The notes under the pieces are model-generated. The model saw only the letters and a program-made list of their open reading frames with translations, did no database searches and had not been told where the DNA came from. This document shows positions 29,383 through 40,284 of a DNA stretch of 64,000 bases, one piece after another. The translations under genes and the position numbers were made by a program. The stretch lies in the NCBI GenBank assembly GCA_965202985.1, contig CBDBCF010000002.1:96001-160000 (forward strand). Reading direction: 5' to 3'. Each line of letters begins with the position of its first letter. Position 1 is the first letter of the stretch. The DNA is from Longimicrobiales bacterium. Its GTDB lineage: Bacteria > Gemmatimonadota > Gemmatimonadetes > Longimicrobiales > Gaopeijiaceae.

Positions 29383-30666
29383 ATGCCGACCTACGTGGTG
29401 TCGGGCGGACGCCCGCTGAGCGGGACGATCCGTCCCTCGGGAAACAAGAACGCCGCGCTGCCCGTTCTGGCCGCCACGCTCATGTCGGAGGGCCGCGTCG
29501 AGGTGGGCAAGGTGCCGCGCATCCGCGACGTGCTGACCCTCTTGGAGATCATGGAGTCGCTGGGCGCCGGCGTCGAATGGACGGGACCCAACACCGTCGC
29601 GGTGGACGCCTCCCGTGTCGATTCCGGACGGCCCGACGCCGCCCTGGCCGAGCGCATCCGCGCCAGCATCCTGTTGGCGGGACCCTTGCTCGCCCGCTTC
29701 GGGACCGTGTCGCTGCCGCCGCCGGGCGGCGACGTGATCGGGCGCCGTCGGCTGGACACCCACCTTCTAGCCTTCCGGGCGCTGGGCGCCTCGGTGGACG
29801 CTTCCGGCGACTTGAAGATCGAGGCGCCTGCCGGTGGCTTGGCGGGGGCCGACATGTTCTTGGACGAGCCGTCGGTCACCGCCACCGAGAACGCGGTCAT
29901 GGCCGCCACCCTGGCAAGGGGCGAGACCCGGATCCGCAACGCGGCCGCCGAGCCCCACGTGCAGGACGTTTGCCGCGCCGTCAACGCCATGGGCGGCGAC
30001 GTGCGGGGCGCGGGAAGCTCGACGTTGGTGGTGCGGGGCGCGGGCGCGCTGGGGGACGGCGCCGTCGAGATCGGCTCGGACCACATCGAGACCGGCTCCT
30101 TCATCGGCCTGGCCTCGGTCACGCGAAGCCGTCTGACGATCGAAGACGCTCCCGTCGAGCACCTGGACTCGACCTTGATCGGGTTTCGACGCCTGGGGAT
30201 CGACTGTCGGATCGAAGGCCGCAACTTGATCGTGGACGGCCGAGAGACGCCCGAGATCCAGATGGACGCCTTCGGCCACGTGCCCAAGGTGGACGACGGG
30301 CCCTGGCCGGCCTTCCCCGCGGACCTGACCTCGATTGCGGTGGTGGCCGCCACCCAGGCCCGGGGCTCGGTCCTGGTCCACGAGAAGATGTTCGAATCCC
30401 GCATGTTCTTCACCGACAAGCTGGTGGGCATGGGCGCCCGGATCATCCTGTGCGACCCCCACCGCGTCATGGTCGTGGGGCCGTCGCCCCTGCGCGGAGC
30501 CGTGGTGGAAAGCCCGGACATCCGCGCCGGGATGGCCATTCTCATCGCCGCGCTGGGCGCCCGCGGCCAAAGCCGCATCGGCAACGCGGGGCAGATCGAG
30601 CGCGGCTACGAAAGGATCGACGAGCGACTCTCGGCGCTGGGCGCTGCCGTCGAGCGCGTCGCGTAG
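29383..30666 (+). CDS. murA: UDP-N-acetylglucosamine 1-carboxyvinyltransferase (Asp at the active-site Cys position)
   Basis: SGNKNAALP, RASIL, PPPGGDVIGRR, SVTATEN, PAFPADL, DIRAG, IERGYE. Confidence 0.96.
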   Translation: MPTYVVSGGRPLSGTIRPSGNKNAALPVLAATLMSEGRVEVGKVPRIRDVLTLLEIMESLGAGVEWTGPNTVAVDASRVDSGRPDAALAERIRASILLAGPLLARFGTVSLPPPGGDVIGRRRLDTHLLAFRALGASVDASGDLKIEAPAGGLAGADMFLDEPSVTATENAVMAATLARGETRIRNAAAEPHVQDVCRAVNAMGGDVRGAGSSTLVVRGAGALGDGAVEIGSDHIETGSFIGLASVTRSRLTIEDAPVEHLDSTLIGFRRLGIDCRIEGRNLIVDGRETPEIQMDAFGHVPKVDDGPWPAFPADLTSIAVVAATQARGSVLVHEKMFESRMFFTDKLVGMGARIILCDPHRVMVVGPSPLRGAVVESPDIRAGMAILIAALGARGQSRIGNAGQIERGYERIDERLSALGAAVERVA

Positions 30667-30755
30667 GCTTCCCGCGTCGCGCAACTCTCGACCAAGGCCC
30701 TTCTTCCGGCTATACTACGTGGGTAGGCGGGGCCGCGCCGGGCGGTCCTATCGGA

Positions 30756-30786
30756 AGTGGGGGAGATGCTGGCCCCTGCTTTTTTT
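30756..30786 (+). terminator. Hairpin plus U-tract in the rimP-nusA leader (attenuator-like)
   Basis: AGTGGGGG/CCCCTGCT stem followed by a T run, downstream of TATACT at 30711-30716. Confidence 0.6.
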
Positions 30787-30813
30787 GTCCCCATTGCCCC
30801 GGAGGGCCGCGCC

Positions 30814-31311
30814 ATGGCGCCAGACAGGCTGGAGCTCCAAGCCGAGTTGGAGGAACGGCTGGCGAGTCTTGGGTACGACTTGGTCCAGCTGGAGTGGGCC
30901 GGTTCGCCCAAGCGCCCCGTATTGCGTCTTCGCGTCGAGCATTCCTCGCTGGACCGGCCCGTCTTCTTGGCCGACTGCGCCCAGGCGAGCCGGCGCTTGC
31001 AGTCTTGGTTGGACTCGGAGCCCCGGATGCCCGACGGCTACGTGCTCGAAGTCTCTTCCCCCGGAATCGAACGCCCGCTGACCCGGACCCGCGACTTCGT
31101 CCGCTTCCGTGGACACCGGGTCGCGGTCAAGGGGCGCGGCGTGCTTTGCGGTCGGGCCGCCCGCCTCGAGGGCGAACTCCTGGGTGCGGGGCCCGTCAGC
31201 GAAGGCGGGGCCGCTTCGATCCGCCTTCGGCTGCAGAACGGCGACGAGGTGGACGTTCCCCGATCCGAGGTGCGGGATGCCCGGCTGGTTTGCGATTGGG
31301 GGGCCCGATGA
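30814..31311 (+). CDS. rimP: Ribosome maturation factor RimP
   Basis: DCAQASR, YVLEVSSPGIERPL; upstream of nusA. Confidence 0.95.
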   Translation: MAPDRLELQAELEERLASLGYDLVQLEWAGSPKRPVLRLRVEHSSLDRPVFLADCAQASRRLQSWLDSEPRMPDGYVLEVSSPGIERPLTRTRDFVRFRGHRVAVKGRGVLCGRAARLEGELLGAGPVSEGGAASIRLRLQNGDEVDVPRSEVRDARLVCDWGAR

Positions 31312-32642
31312 GCAACACCGGCCCGATCATCGCGGCGTTCCGGGACATCGCCGCGACCAAGAGCCTGGAACCGGAAGAGGTGAACGCGCTCATTCGGGAG
31401 GGCATCCACGCCGGTCTGGCGCGCATCTACGGGCCCAACGTGAACACGGAGATCGTGATCGACGAACAGGCCGGGGACATCGAGATGACCGTCCTCAGGC
31501 GCGTGGTCGAGGCGGTGGAGGACTCGTCCTCGGAGATCTCCTTGGAGGAGGCGCACTGGGACGACCCCACCTACGAAGTCGGCGACGTCATGGAGATCCC
31601 GGTCACCTTCGCCGAGTTCGGCCGCAACGCGGTCATGGCCGCCAAGCAGCGCATCGTGCAGCTCGTCAGAGAGGGGGAGCGCCAGCGCATCCGCGACGAG
31701 TACGGCGGCCGAGTGGGCGAACTGCTCTCGGGCGAGGTCCAGCAGATCGAGCGCGGCAAGCTGGTGCTCGTGCTGAACCGCTCTCGCGACGCGGAGGCGA
31801 TCATCCCCTGGAAGGAGCAGAACCCCAGGGAGCGCTTCCGCCAGGGCGAGTCGATCCGGGCCGTGCTCAAGAAGGTGGACGAGACGGCCAAGGGGCCTCG
31901 GCTGGTGTTCTCGCGGGCTGATCCCCTGTTCGTGGCGGCGCTGTTCAAGCTGGAGGTGCCCGAGATCTACCAGGGGATCGTGGACATCAAGGAGCTGACG
32001 CGCGAGGTGGGCGGCAGGACCAAGATCGCGGTGCACAGCCGGGACGAGTCGATCGACCCAGTGGGCGCCTGCGTGGGCCTCAAGGGTTCGCGCGTCCAGG
32101 CCGTGGTGTCCGAATTGGGAGGAGAGCGCATCGACATCGTGCCGTGGCACCCCGAGCCGGAAGTGTTTGCCCGGCGGGCCCTTGCGCCGGCTCGCGTCGC
32201 CAAGGTGGTCTCCGACCCCGCCCGCCAAGTCGTCACCGCGATCGTGGACGAGGACCAGCTGTCCCTTGCGATCGGCCGAAACGGGCAGAACGTGCGCTTG
32301 GCGTCGCAGCTGATCGGGTGGCAGATCGACCTCTACGGCTCGCGCGAGTGGATGGAGCGGGGCGCCGGCATGTCCGTCTTCGCCCCCGAAGAGGCGGAGT
32401 CCTACGAGACCGCCGACTTCCCGCTGGGCGAGCTGGAGGTGGACGCCGCCACGCTGGCGGCCCTCGAGGCCGGGGGCTACGACAGCTTCCTGGACATCAT
32501 CGACCTCGAGCGCTCCGACTTCCTGGCGGTCGACGGGATCACGGAAGAGGCGGCCACGCAGCTCTTGGCGCTCGTGGAGGAACTGACCGTGGTGGACTCC
32601 GAGCCGGGCCGCTCGGGCGGCGCGGAGGAGGAGCAGGGCTAG
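31308..32642 (+). CDS. nusA: Transcription factor NusA
   Basis: FGRNAVMAAKQ, LFKLEVPEI, DPVGACVG, SLAIGRNGQNVRLAS. Confidence 0.98.
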   Translation: MSNTGPIIAAFRDIAATKSLEPEEVNALIREGIHAGLARIYGPNVNTEIVIDEQAGDIEMTVLRRVVEAVEDSSSEISLEEAHWDDPTYEVGDVMEIPVTFAEFGRNAVMAAKQRIVQLVREGERQRIRDEYGGRVGELLSGEVQQIERGKLVLVLNRSRDAEAIIPWKEQNPRERFRQGESIRAVLKKVDETAKGPRLVFSRADPLFVAALFKLEVPEIYQGIVDIKELTREVGGRTKIAVHSRDESIDPVGACVGLKGSRVQAVVSELGGERIDIVPWHPEPEVFARRALAPARVAKVVSDPARQVVTAIVDEDQLSLAIGRNGQNVRLASQLIGWQIDLYGSREWMERGAGMSVFAPEEAESYETADFPLGELEVDAATLAALEAGGYDSFLDIIDLERSDFLAVDGITEEAATQLLALVEELTVVDSEPGRSGGAEEEQG

Positions 32643-32643
32643 G

Positions 32644-35322
32644 GTGCGCGTCAAGGAGCTGGCGGACGACCTGAAGGTTCGTCCCGACATGCTGGTCCGG
32701 TTCCTCCGGAAGTCCGGCGTTCGGGTGGGGAACCCCGAGGCCCCCTTGGCCGACGGGGACGTGGCGAAGGTAAGGACCCGGTTGGAGAGGGAGCGGATCG
32801 CCGCCGAGACCGGAAACGGGGCCGAGTTCAGCGCGTCCGACTTCATGAGGACGGTCGTTCGGGCCAGCAAGCCGGCCAGCCGTCGCCGTCGCCGGAAGGC
32901 TTCTGCGCCGAAGGCGGAAGCGCCGCCCGCCAAGGCCGCTCCCGAACCGTCCCAGGCCGCGGACGCCTCCGCCGAGCCGGTCTCGGCCGACGATCCCGAC
33001 CATGCCGGGCGCGAAGAAGCGGCCGCCGGCCCCGCGCCCGCGCCCGACCGCGTCGAAGAGCCCGTGGCGGCGCCGGCCCCCGCGCCCGAACCGCCTTCGA
33101 CCGCGGAGACGCCCGCCGCCACTGCGTCCCGGACTCCGGCCCTCGAGTCCTCGGCTTCGCCCGGGCCCCCGCCGCCCCCTGCGGCTCCGGCGTCGTCGGC
33201 CCGAGCGCTTGCGTCCGCGGATCGGCCCAAGCCTGCCCGGGACGGAGCGCCCGCAAAGGCGTCCGCCGCCCGCGACGCGCTTCAGCCCGCCGCCAGCGCC
33301 GGCCCCGGCGGCACGGTCCGCATTCAGGCCGAGGGCTACACGTCCGACGGCCGCCGCAAGCAGAAGCGGAAGAAGGGCCGTCGTCGCGCCGGCGCCAGCC
33401 GACACGCGGCCCATGAGAACGTCCAGCGGGTTCTGGCCGAGCTCAAAGGAGGCCGCCGCAAGGGCCGAAAGGGGAAGGCCGCCGTGGCCGCCGCCAAGGA
33501 GGACAAGGCGGCTGCCGAGGAACAGGCCGCCGAGGCCCGTGCGGCGGCGGCGCGGACCGTGCGCGTCAACGAGTTCCTGACGGTGTCGGAGCTGGCGGAA
33601 CTCGTGGACGTGGCGCCGAACGAGATCATCGGGTCGGCGTTCAAGAACATGGGCTTCATGGTCACCATCAACCAGCGGCTCGACTTCGATCAGATCGAGC
33701 TTCTGCTGGAGGGCTTCGGCTTCACGGCGGTCCGCGAGACCGACTACTTGCCGGCGCCGGAGGTCGAGGAAGAGGACGACGAAGCCGATCTGCGCCCCCG
33801 GCCCGCCGTGGTCACGGTCATGGGCCACGTCGACCACGGCAAGACGCTGCTGCTGGATCGGATTCGCAAGACCAACGTGGTGGCCGGCGAGGCGGGCGGG
33901 ATCACGCAGCACATCGGCGCCTACCACGTGGACCTGGACGACGGACGCACGATCACGTTCCTGGACACGCCGGGCCACGCGGCCTTCACCGCGATGCGTG
34001 CGCGCGGCGCCGACGCGACCGACTTGGTGGTGCTGGTGGTGGCCGCCGACGACGCCGTGATGCCCCAAACCGTCGAGGCCGTCAGCCACGCCCGGAACGC
34101 CGGCGTGCCTCTGGTCGTGGCGGTCAACAAGATCGACCTGCCCGCGGCGGACTCGGAGCGGGTCAAGCGGGACCTGCTCCAGCACGACGTGACCGTCGAG
34201 GACTTCGGCGGCGAGACCCTGGTAGCCGAGGTCTCGGCGAAGACCGGCCAGGGCATGGACGACCTTCTCGACAAGATCCTTCTCCAGGCCGAGCTGCTCG
34301 AGCTGAAGGCCAACCCGTCCCGTCAGGCCGCCGGCACGGTCGTGGAGGCCGAGCTCGACCCGGGCAAGGGACCCGTCGCGACGATCCTGGTCCAGAACGG
34401 TACGCTGAACGTGGGCGACAGCTTCGTGGCCGGGCTGCACGGCGGCCGCGTCCGCGCCCTCATGGACGAACGGGGCCGAAACGTGCAGTCCGCGAGCCCC
34501 GGGATCCCGGTCCAGCTTCTAGGCTGCTCGGGCGTGCCCAGGGCCGGCGACGTCTTCCAGGTCATGGACTCGATGAAGGCGGCGGACGTGGCGGGGCACC
34601 GCCAGCGCCTGGATCGCGAGAAGCAGCTCCGCATCCGGGAGCGGGGCATCAAGCTGGGCGACTTCTCCCAGCTGCTGGCCGCCGGACAGACGGGCGTGCT
34701 GCGCGTGGTGATCAAGGGCGACGTGGACGGCTCCGTTCAGGCGCTGTCCGACTCCTTGGAGCGCCTCTCCACCGACGAGGTCAGGGTCGAGATCGTGCAC
34801 CGAGGCGTCGGTGCCGTGAACGAGTCCGACGTCATGCTGGCCCTCACCGCCGGCGCCGTGATCCTGGGCTTCCGCGTCCGGCCCGACGGCGGCGCTCGGC
34901 AGGCGGCGGCCCGCGAGGACGTGGACGTGCGCAGCTACGACGTGATCTACGAGGCCGTGGACGACGTGACGGCGGCGCTGGAGGGACTGCTGGCGCCGGA
35001 GCGCCGCGAGAACGTCGTGGGCGCCGCCGAGGCCCGGGTCGTCTTCAAGATCAAGGGCGTGGGAACGATCGCGGGCAGCTACGTCACGGAAGGCGTGGTG
35101 CAGCGGGGCGCCAAGGCCCGGGTCGTCCGCGACGGGGTGGTCGTCTATCAGGCCGACATCTCCTCGCTCAAGCGCTTCAAGGACGACGCCAAGGAGGTCA
35201 AGGAAGGGTTCGAGTGCGGCATCGGCGTCGCCAACTTCAACGACGTGAAGGTCGGCGACGTGATCGAGACCTATCAGGTCGAAGAAGTAGCGCGCACGCT
35301 GGAAACGGCCGGGACGGGCTGA
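32644..35322 (+). CDS. infB: Translation initiation factor IF-2
   Basis: [33 protein letters not shown]. Confidence 0.98.
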   Translation: MRVKELADDLKVRPDMLVRFLRKSGVRVGNPEAPLADGDVAKVRTRLERERIAAETGNGAEFSASDFMRTVVRASKPASRRRRRKASAPKAEAPPAKAAPEPSQAADASAEPVSADDPDHAGREEAAAGPAPAPDRVEEPVAAPAPAPEPPSTAETPAATASRTPALESSASPGPPPPPAAPASSARALASADRPKPARDGAPAKASAARDALQPAASAGPGGTVRIQAEGYTSDGRRKQKRKKGRRRAGASRHAAHENVQRVLAELKGGRRKGRKGKAAVAAAKEDKAAAEEQAAEARAAAARTVRVNEFLTVSELAELVDVAPNEIIGSAFKNMGFMVTINQRLDFDQIELLLEGFGFTAVRETDYLPAPEVEEEDDEADLRPRPAVVTVMGHVDHGKTLLLDRIRKTNVVAGEAGGITQHIGAYHVDLDDGRTITFLDTPGHAAFTAMRARGADATDLVVLVVAADDAVMPQTVEAVSHARNAGVPLVVAVNKIDLPAADSERVKRDLLQHDVTVEDFGGETLVAEVSAKTGQGMDDLLDKILLQAELLELKANPSRQAAGTVVEAELDPGKGPVATILVQNGTLNVGDSFVAGLHGGRVRALMDERGRNVQSASPGIPVQLLGCSGVPRAGDVFQVMDSMKAADVAGHRQRLDREKQLRIRERGIKLGDFSQLLAAGQTGVLRVVIKGDVDGSVQALSDSLERLSTDEVRVEIVHRGVGAVNESDVMLALTAGAVILGFRVRPDGGARQAAAREDVDVRSYDVIYEAVDDVTAALEGLLAPERRENVVGAAEARVVFKIKGVGTIAGSYVTEGVVQRGAKARVVRDGVVVYQADISSLKRFKDDAKEVKEGFECGIGVANFNDVKVGDVIETYQVEEVARTLETAGTG

Positions 35323-35359
35323 CGAACGCCCGGTTCCCCGCGCTCGCGCCCGGCGACCC

Positions 35360-35638
35360 GTGATCGTGACCGTTTCCACCTGGACGCTGGCGATCCCCGG
35401 CGCCCGCTCTCTCAAGGAGAAGCGCCGCGTCCTTCGCTCGCTGAAGGACCGGCTGGCCAAGAAGAACGTGTCCGTGGTCGAGTCGGGCCTGCAGGGCGTT
35501 CGGGACCGGGCCGAGGTGTCCGTGGCGTTTCTGTCGGCTCACACGGCCCAGGCGGATTCGCTGCTGTCCTCCTTGGACCGCCTGGTCGCGGACGCCCGGG
35601 GCGCGCACGTCCTTGCCCAGTCCGCGGAGCGGCGCTGA
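35360..35638 (+). CDS. DUF503 (YlxP-like) protein
   Basis: [20 protein letters not shown]; typical position between infB and rbfA. Confidence 0.9.
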   Translation: MIVTVSTWTLAIPGARSLKEKRRVLRSLKDRLAKKNVSVVESGLQGVRDRAEVSVAFLSAHTAQADSLLSSLDRLVADARGAHVLAQSAERR

Positions 35639-35991
35639 TGTCCCGGCGGCGCGTCCGGCTGGGCGAGCAGCTGCGGCGCGAACTCTCGCTCAAGATCGCC
35701 ACGCTCGTGAGGGACCCGGGGCTGGGGCCGCTGGCCGTGACCGAGGTGGACGTAACCGAGGACCTCTGGCTGGCCCGCGTGTACGTGATCCCCTACGGGC
35801 GCCCGGCCGACCAGGACAGGACGATGGCCGCGCTCGAGCGGTCGGCGTCGTTCCTGCGGCGGTCGCTGGCTCGCGAGCTGCGCGTCCGGCGGATGCCCGA
35901 GCTTCGATTCGTGCAGGACGGCTCCCAGGAGGCGGGCGACCGCATCGAGGCGATCCTGAAGGAGGTGCTGCCCCCGGAAGCGGAGCCGTGA
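35638..35991 (+). CDS. rbfA: Ribosome-binding factor A
   Basis: VRDPGL..VTEVDVTEDL..ARVY, RRMPELRF. Confidence 0.95.
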   Translation: MSRRRVRLGEQLRRELSLKIATLVRDPGLGPLAVTEVDVTEDLWLARVYVIPYGRPADQDRTMAALERSASFLRRSLARELRVRRMPELRFVQDGSQEAGDRIEAILKEVLPPEAEP

Positions 35992-36872
35992 GACGCTCGT
36001 CCCAAGAGATGGCGGTGCTGTTGGTGGACAAGCCGGCCGGTCCCACGTCCCACGACGCGGTGGCGATCGTGCGCAAGAGCCTGGGAGGTGCGAAGGCGGG
36101 CCATGCCGGCACGCTGGACCCGTTCGCCACGGGGCTCCTGGTCGTGGCCACGGGGCGTGCGACGCGCATCCTCGAGTACTTGGCGGGGCTGGACAAGGAG
36201 TACGAGGCCGAAGCGGTGATGGGCGTCGCGACCGAGACCGCCGACCCCGAAGGCGCGACGACCGCGACCGACGACCGCTGGCGGACCCTGGACGAGGACC
36301 GGATACGTGCCGAAGCGCAGGCCATGACCGGTCGCCTGCGCCAAGTGCCTCCGGCGTACTCGGCGGTGAAGGTCGGCGGCGTGCCGGCTCATCGGCGCGC
36401 TAGGCGCGGCGAGACAGTGCGCCTTGCGCCCAGGACCGCAACGGTCCGCGAGTGGGAGGTGACGACCGTCGAGCTGCCCCGCGTGCGGTTTCGCGTCTCC
36501 TGCTCCAGCGGCACCTACGTGCGCACCTTGGCCGTCGACCTGGGCCGGCGCCTGGGCACCGCCTGCCATCTGTCGGCGCTGCGCCGGACCCGCGTCGGGA
36601 CGTTTCGGTGCGAGCGCGCCGCCTCGTTGGAGTCGATCCGCGAGGGCCGCCCGCCCCCGCGCGCCCGGCTTTCGGCCGCGGCGGCCCTTGAGCACCTGCC
36701 GCAGGTCGTCGTCGGCCCGGACGACGTTCAGCACCTGGGAATGGGGAGAACAGTTCCCTCCTCGGCGCCGGACGCCGAATGCGCCGCGTTCGTGTCGCCC
36801 GAGCGGGCGCTGGTGGCGGTGGGCGCCGTGCGGGACGGCTTGCTCAGGCCGCGCAAGGTCTTTGCGCCGTGA
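35988..36872 (+). CDS. truB: tRNA pseudouridine(55) synthase
   Basis: DKPAGPTSHD, GHAGTLDPFATG, PPAYSAVK, CSSGTYVR. Confidence 0.96.
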   Translation: MRRSSQEMAVLLVDKPAGPTSHDAVAIVRKSLGGAKAGHAGTLDPFATGLLVVATGRATRILEYLAGLDKEYEAEAVMGVATETADPEGATTATDDRWRTLDEDRIRAEAQAMTGRLRQVPPAYSAVKVGGVPAHRRARRGETVRLAPRTATVREWEVTTVELPRVRFRVSCSSGTYVRTLAVDLGRRLGTACHLSALRRTRVGTFRCERAASLESIREGRPPPRARLSAAAALEHLPQVVVGPDDVQHLGMGRTVPSSAPDAECAAFVSPERALVAVGAVRDGLLRPRKVFAP

Positions 36873-37813
36873 CTCGGTTTGCCGGCGCCGTCCAAGAGCT
36901 GCCGCGCGACGGTCGGCCCGTCGTCGCGACGGTCGGCACGTTCGACGGCGTGCACCTGGGCCACCAGCAGGTGATCCGCCAAGTCGCCCGGCAGGCGGCC
37001 GATCTGGGCGGCCGAAGCGTCCTGGTCACCTTCGACCCGCACCCGCTTCAAGTCGTACGTCCGAGCCAAGCTCCCAAGCTGCTCACCACCCCCGACGAGA
37101 AGAAGCCGCTGCTGGCCGCGCTCGGACTGGACCACGCCGTGTTCCTGCCGTTCACCCCCGAGCTGCAAAGCTGCTCTCCTCGCCGCTTCGTGCAAGAGTT
37201 CCTTCTCGACGGCGTCGAGATGAGCCGCCTGGTCGTCGGCCACGACCACGGCTTCGGCAGGGGCCGCGCCGGGAACGCGGAGTTGCTGGGCCGGATCGCG
37301 GGCGAAGAGGGCTTCGAACTGGACGTGGTGGAGCCCGTGCGGTCGGAGGGGACCCCGGTCTCGTCTTCCGCGATCCGCCGGGCGCTCGCCGAAGGCCGCT
37401 TGAGCGACGCGAACCGAGCGCTGGGCCGCCCCTATTCCATGACGGGCAAGGTCGTCCGGGGCGACGGTCGGGGGAGCGAACTGGGCTACCCCACCGCCAA
37501 CCTGCGGTTCCCGGACGACAAGCTTGTGCCCGCGGCGGGCATCTACGCCTGCTGGGCCGTCACGCCCGCCGGTCGCTTCCCGGGCGCGCTCCACGTCGGC
37601 CCCAGGCCGGCGTTTCCGGGGGCGGAAGACACCGTCGAGGTCCACGTCCTGGACTTCGCCGGCGACCTCTACGGGCAACAGCTCACGCTGGAGCTCGACA
37701 GCTACGTTCGCCCCGTCGCCGCCTTCTCCGACCCGCGGAGCTTGGCGGAGCAGATCGGTCGCGACGTGAAACAAGTGCGGGATTGTTTTTCGAAGACTTC
37801 GGGGCTAGCATGA
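36869..37813 (+). CDS. ribF: Bifunctional riboflavin kinase/FAD synthetase
   Basis: GTFDGVHLGHQ, VSSSAIR, GYPTAN, EVHVLDF. Confidence 0.96.
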   Translation: MTRFAGAVQELPRDGRPVVATVGTFDGVHLGHQQVIRQVARQAADLGGRSVLVTFDPHPLQVVRPSQAPKLLTTPDEKKPLLAALGLDHAVFLPFTPELQSCSPRRFVQEFLLDGVEMSRLVVGHDHGFGRGRAGNAELLGRIAGEEGFELDVVEPVRSEGTPVSSSAIRRALAEGRLSDANRALGRPYSMTGKVVRGDGRGSELGYPTANLRFPDDKLVPAAGIYACWAVTPAGRFPGALHVGPRPAFPGAEDTVEVHVLDFAGDLYGQQLTLELDSYVRPVAAFSDPRSLAEQIGRDVKQVRDCFSKTSGLA

Positions 37814-37843
37814 AAGGCTGTTCGACCAACAACAGGAAGCCAA

Positions 37844-38104
37844 ATGGGAATCGACAAGCAAGCGATCATCGAGAAGTACCAGCCTAGGGAGAACGGCGCG
37901 GGAAGCGTGCCGGTCCAGGTCGCCCTCCTCACCGCCCGCATCGATCACCTGCGCGACCACTTCGCCGCGCACAAGCACGACCATCACAGCCGTCGCGGCC
38001 TTCTCAAGATGGTGGGGCGCAGGCGCCGTCTTCTCGAGTACCTGAAGCGCACCGACTTGGACGGCTACCGCGAACTCATCAAGAACCTCGGGCTTCGCCA
38101 CTAG
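37844..38104 (+). CDS. rpsO: 30S ribosomal protein S15
   Basis: [31 protein letters not shown]. Confidence 0.98.
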   Translation: MGIDKQAIIEKYQPRENGAGSVPVQVALLTARIDHLRDHFAAHKHDHHSRRGLLKMVGRRRRLLEYLKRTDLDGYRELIKNLGLRH

Positions 38105-38123
38105 ACGTCCGAAGAAAGACCTC

Positions 38124-40265
38124 ATGACACATAGAATCGAACGCCAGTTCGCGGGACGCCCCCTTGTTCTGGAGACCGGCCGCATGGCCCGCTTGGCCCA
38201 CGGCGCGTGCCTCGTCCAGTTCGGAGAGACCGTCGTGCTGGTGACGGCGACCGTCCAGGACAGGCCCACCTCGCTCCCGTTCTTCCCGCTGACCGTGGAG
38301 TACCGCGAGAAGACCTACGCCGCCGGCAAGATCCCCGGCGGCTTCTTCAAGCGCGAGGGGGCGCCCAACGAGAAGGAAGTGCTGTCGGCGCGCATGACCG
38401 ACCGGACCCTGCGCCCTCTCTTTCCCGACGGCTTCTTCCACGAAACGCAAGTTCACGCCTCGATCCTGAGCGCCGACCAGGAGAACGACGCGGACGTCCT
38501 GGCGCTGATCGGAGCCTCGGTGGCCCTCAACACCTCCGTCGTTCCCTTCCGCACGCTGGTGGCTTCGGTGCGCATCGGCCGGATCCAGGGCAACTGGGTG
38601 GTCAACCCCACGTTCCGCCAGCTGGAGTACGCCGACGTGGACATCGTGGTGGCCGGCTCCGCGAAGGCGATCGTCATGGTGGAGGGCGGCGCCCTGGAGG
38701 TGCCGGAGGACGAGGTCCTCGAAGGCCTGCAGGTGGCTCACGAGGCGATCCGCGAGCTCGTGGCGATCCAGGAAGAGCTGATCGGATCGCGCCGGCCCGA
38801 AGAGATGGCGTGGACGGCCAAGGAGGTGGACGCGGGCGTCCGCGAGCAGGTGGAGCGCGTGGTCGGCGACCGCATGGAAGACGCCGCTCGGATCACCGAC
38901 AAGCAGGAACGGGCGCTGGCCGTGTCAGGGATCGCAAGCGACGCGGTGGAGCAGCTGGCGGCGGAAGCGCCGCAGGGCGACGGGGCCACGGCGAGCGAAG
39001 GCGACGTCCAGTCGGTGGTGCGGTCGATGGAGAAGCGCAGCGTTCGGCGTCGCATCCTGGAAGACGGGCGACGCGCGGACGGCCGGGGCTTGGACGACGT
39101 CCGCAAGATCGACTGCGAGACCGGGGTGCTTCCCAGAACCCACGGCTCGGCGCTCTTCACCCGCGGCCAGACGCAGTCGCTGGGCGTCGTCACGCTGGGC
39201 ACGTCCAGGGACGAGCAGCGCATCGACTCGATCGACAGCCCGGAGCAGGTCACCAAGTCGTTCATGCTCCACTACAACTTCCCCCCCTTCTCGGTGGGCG
39301 AAGCTAGGCCGATCCGGTCCACGTCCCGACGCGAAAAGGGACACGGCGCCCTTGCCGAACGCGCCATCCAGCCCCTTCTGCCCAGCCTGGAAGACTTCCC
39401 CTACACGATCCGCATCGTCTCGGACATCCTGGAGTCCAACGGCTCGTCGTCGATGGCCTCCGTGTGCTCGGCCTCGCTGTCGCTGATGGACGCGGGCGTT
39501 CCGATCCGCGCGGCCTGCGCCGGCGTGGCCATGGGGCTGGTCGCCGAGGAGGGGCGCGTTGCCGTCCTGACCGACATCCTGGGTCTCGAGGACGCCCTGG
39601 GCGACATGGACTTCAAGGTGGCGGGCACGCGCAAGGGGGTCACGTCGATTCAGATGGACATCAAGATCGACGGCCTGACCAAGGACGTGCTGCAAGAGGC
39701 TCTGGGACGCGCGCGCCAAGCCCGGATGCACATCCTGGACGAGATGGACAAGGCGTTGGCCGCGCCGCGCGACGACCTGTCGCCCCACGCGCCCAGGATC
39801 GTGTCGATCCGCGTGAACCCCGAGAAGATCGGCGAGATCATCGGCCCCAAGGGCAAGACGATCCGGGCGATTCAAGACGAGTCGGGGGCAACGATCGAGG
39901 TGGACGACGACGGCGTGGTCAAGATCGCCGCCGTCTCCGGCGAGGCCGGTGCGCGGGCTCGGGAGATGATCGAGGCGATCGTCCAGGACCCGGAAGTGGG
40001 GCGCATCTACGAAGGTCCCGTGAAGAACACGACCACCTTCGGCGCCTTCGTGGAGATCATGCCGGGCGTGGAGGGGCTCTGCCACATCTCCGAGCTGGCG
40101 GCGCACCGCGTGGCGGCCACCGAAGACGTGGTCAAGCGAGGCGATGTGGTGCGGGTCAAGCTGCTGTCGATCGACGGCAAGGGGCGTCTGCGGCTATCCA
40201 AGAAGGCCGCCGCCGAGGAAGAGGCGGGCGCCGCCGCGACGAGAACGGTTGGCGGGCGGCCCTAA
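38124..40265 (+). CDS. pnp: Polyribonucleotide nucleotidyltransferase
   Basis: FFPLTVEY, GKIPGGFFKREG, RTHGSALFTRG, ESNGSSSMA, GDMDFKVAG, KH and S1 domains. Confidence 0.98.
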   Translation: MTHRIERQFAGRPLVLETGRMARLAHGACLVQFGETVVLVTATVQDRPTSLPFFPLTVEYREKTYAAGKIPGGFFKREGAPNEKEVLSARMTDRTLRPLFPDGFFHETQVHASILSADQENDADVLALIGASVALNTSVVPFRTLVASVRIGRIQGNWVVNPTFRQLEYADVDIVVAGSAKAIVMVEGGALEVPEDEVLEGLQVAHEAIRELVAIQEELIGSRRPEEMAWTAKEVDAGVREQVERVVGDRMEDAARITDKQERALAVSGIASDAVEQLAAEAPQGDGATASEGDVQSVVRSMEKRSVRRRILEDGRRADGRGLDDVRKIDCETGVLPRTHGSALFTRGQTQSLGVVTLGTSRDEQRIDSIDSPEQVTKSFMLHYNFPPFSVGEARPIRSTSRREKGHGALAERAIQPLLPSLEDFPYTIRIVSDILESNGSSSMASVCSASLSLMDAGVPIRAACAGVAMGLVAEEGRVAVLTDILGLEDALGDMDFKVAGTRKGVTSIQMDIKIDGLTKDVLQEALGRARQARMHILDEMDKALAAPRDDLSPHAPRIVSIRVNPEKIGEIIGPKGKTIRAIQDESGATIEVDDDGVVKIAAVSGEAGARAREMIEAIVQDPEVGRIYEGPVKNTTTFGAFVEIMPGVEGLCHISELAAHRVAATEDVVKRGDVVRVKLLSIDGKGRLRLSKKAAAEEEAGAAATRTVGGRP

Positions 40266-40284
40266 GCGCGCTTTGTCGGCGCCC

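Noticed and set aside
29010..32642. 1210-aa ORF ending in NusA, and similarly extended ORFs for rodA, mrdA, mreB and the GT2
   Set aside because: The upstream portions are alternative frames of adjacent genes, not fusions.
32880..33300. Ala/Pro-rich low-complexity stretch in infB
   Set aside because: Variable low-complexity N-terminal regions are normal for IF-2.
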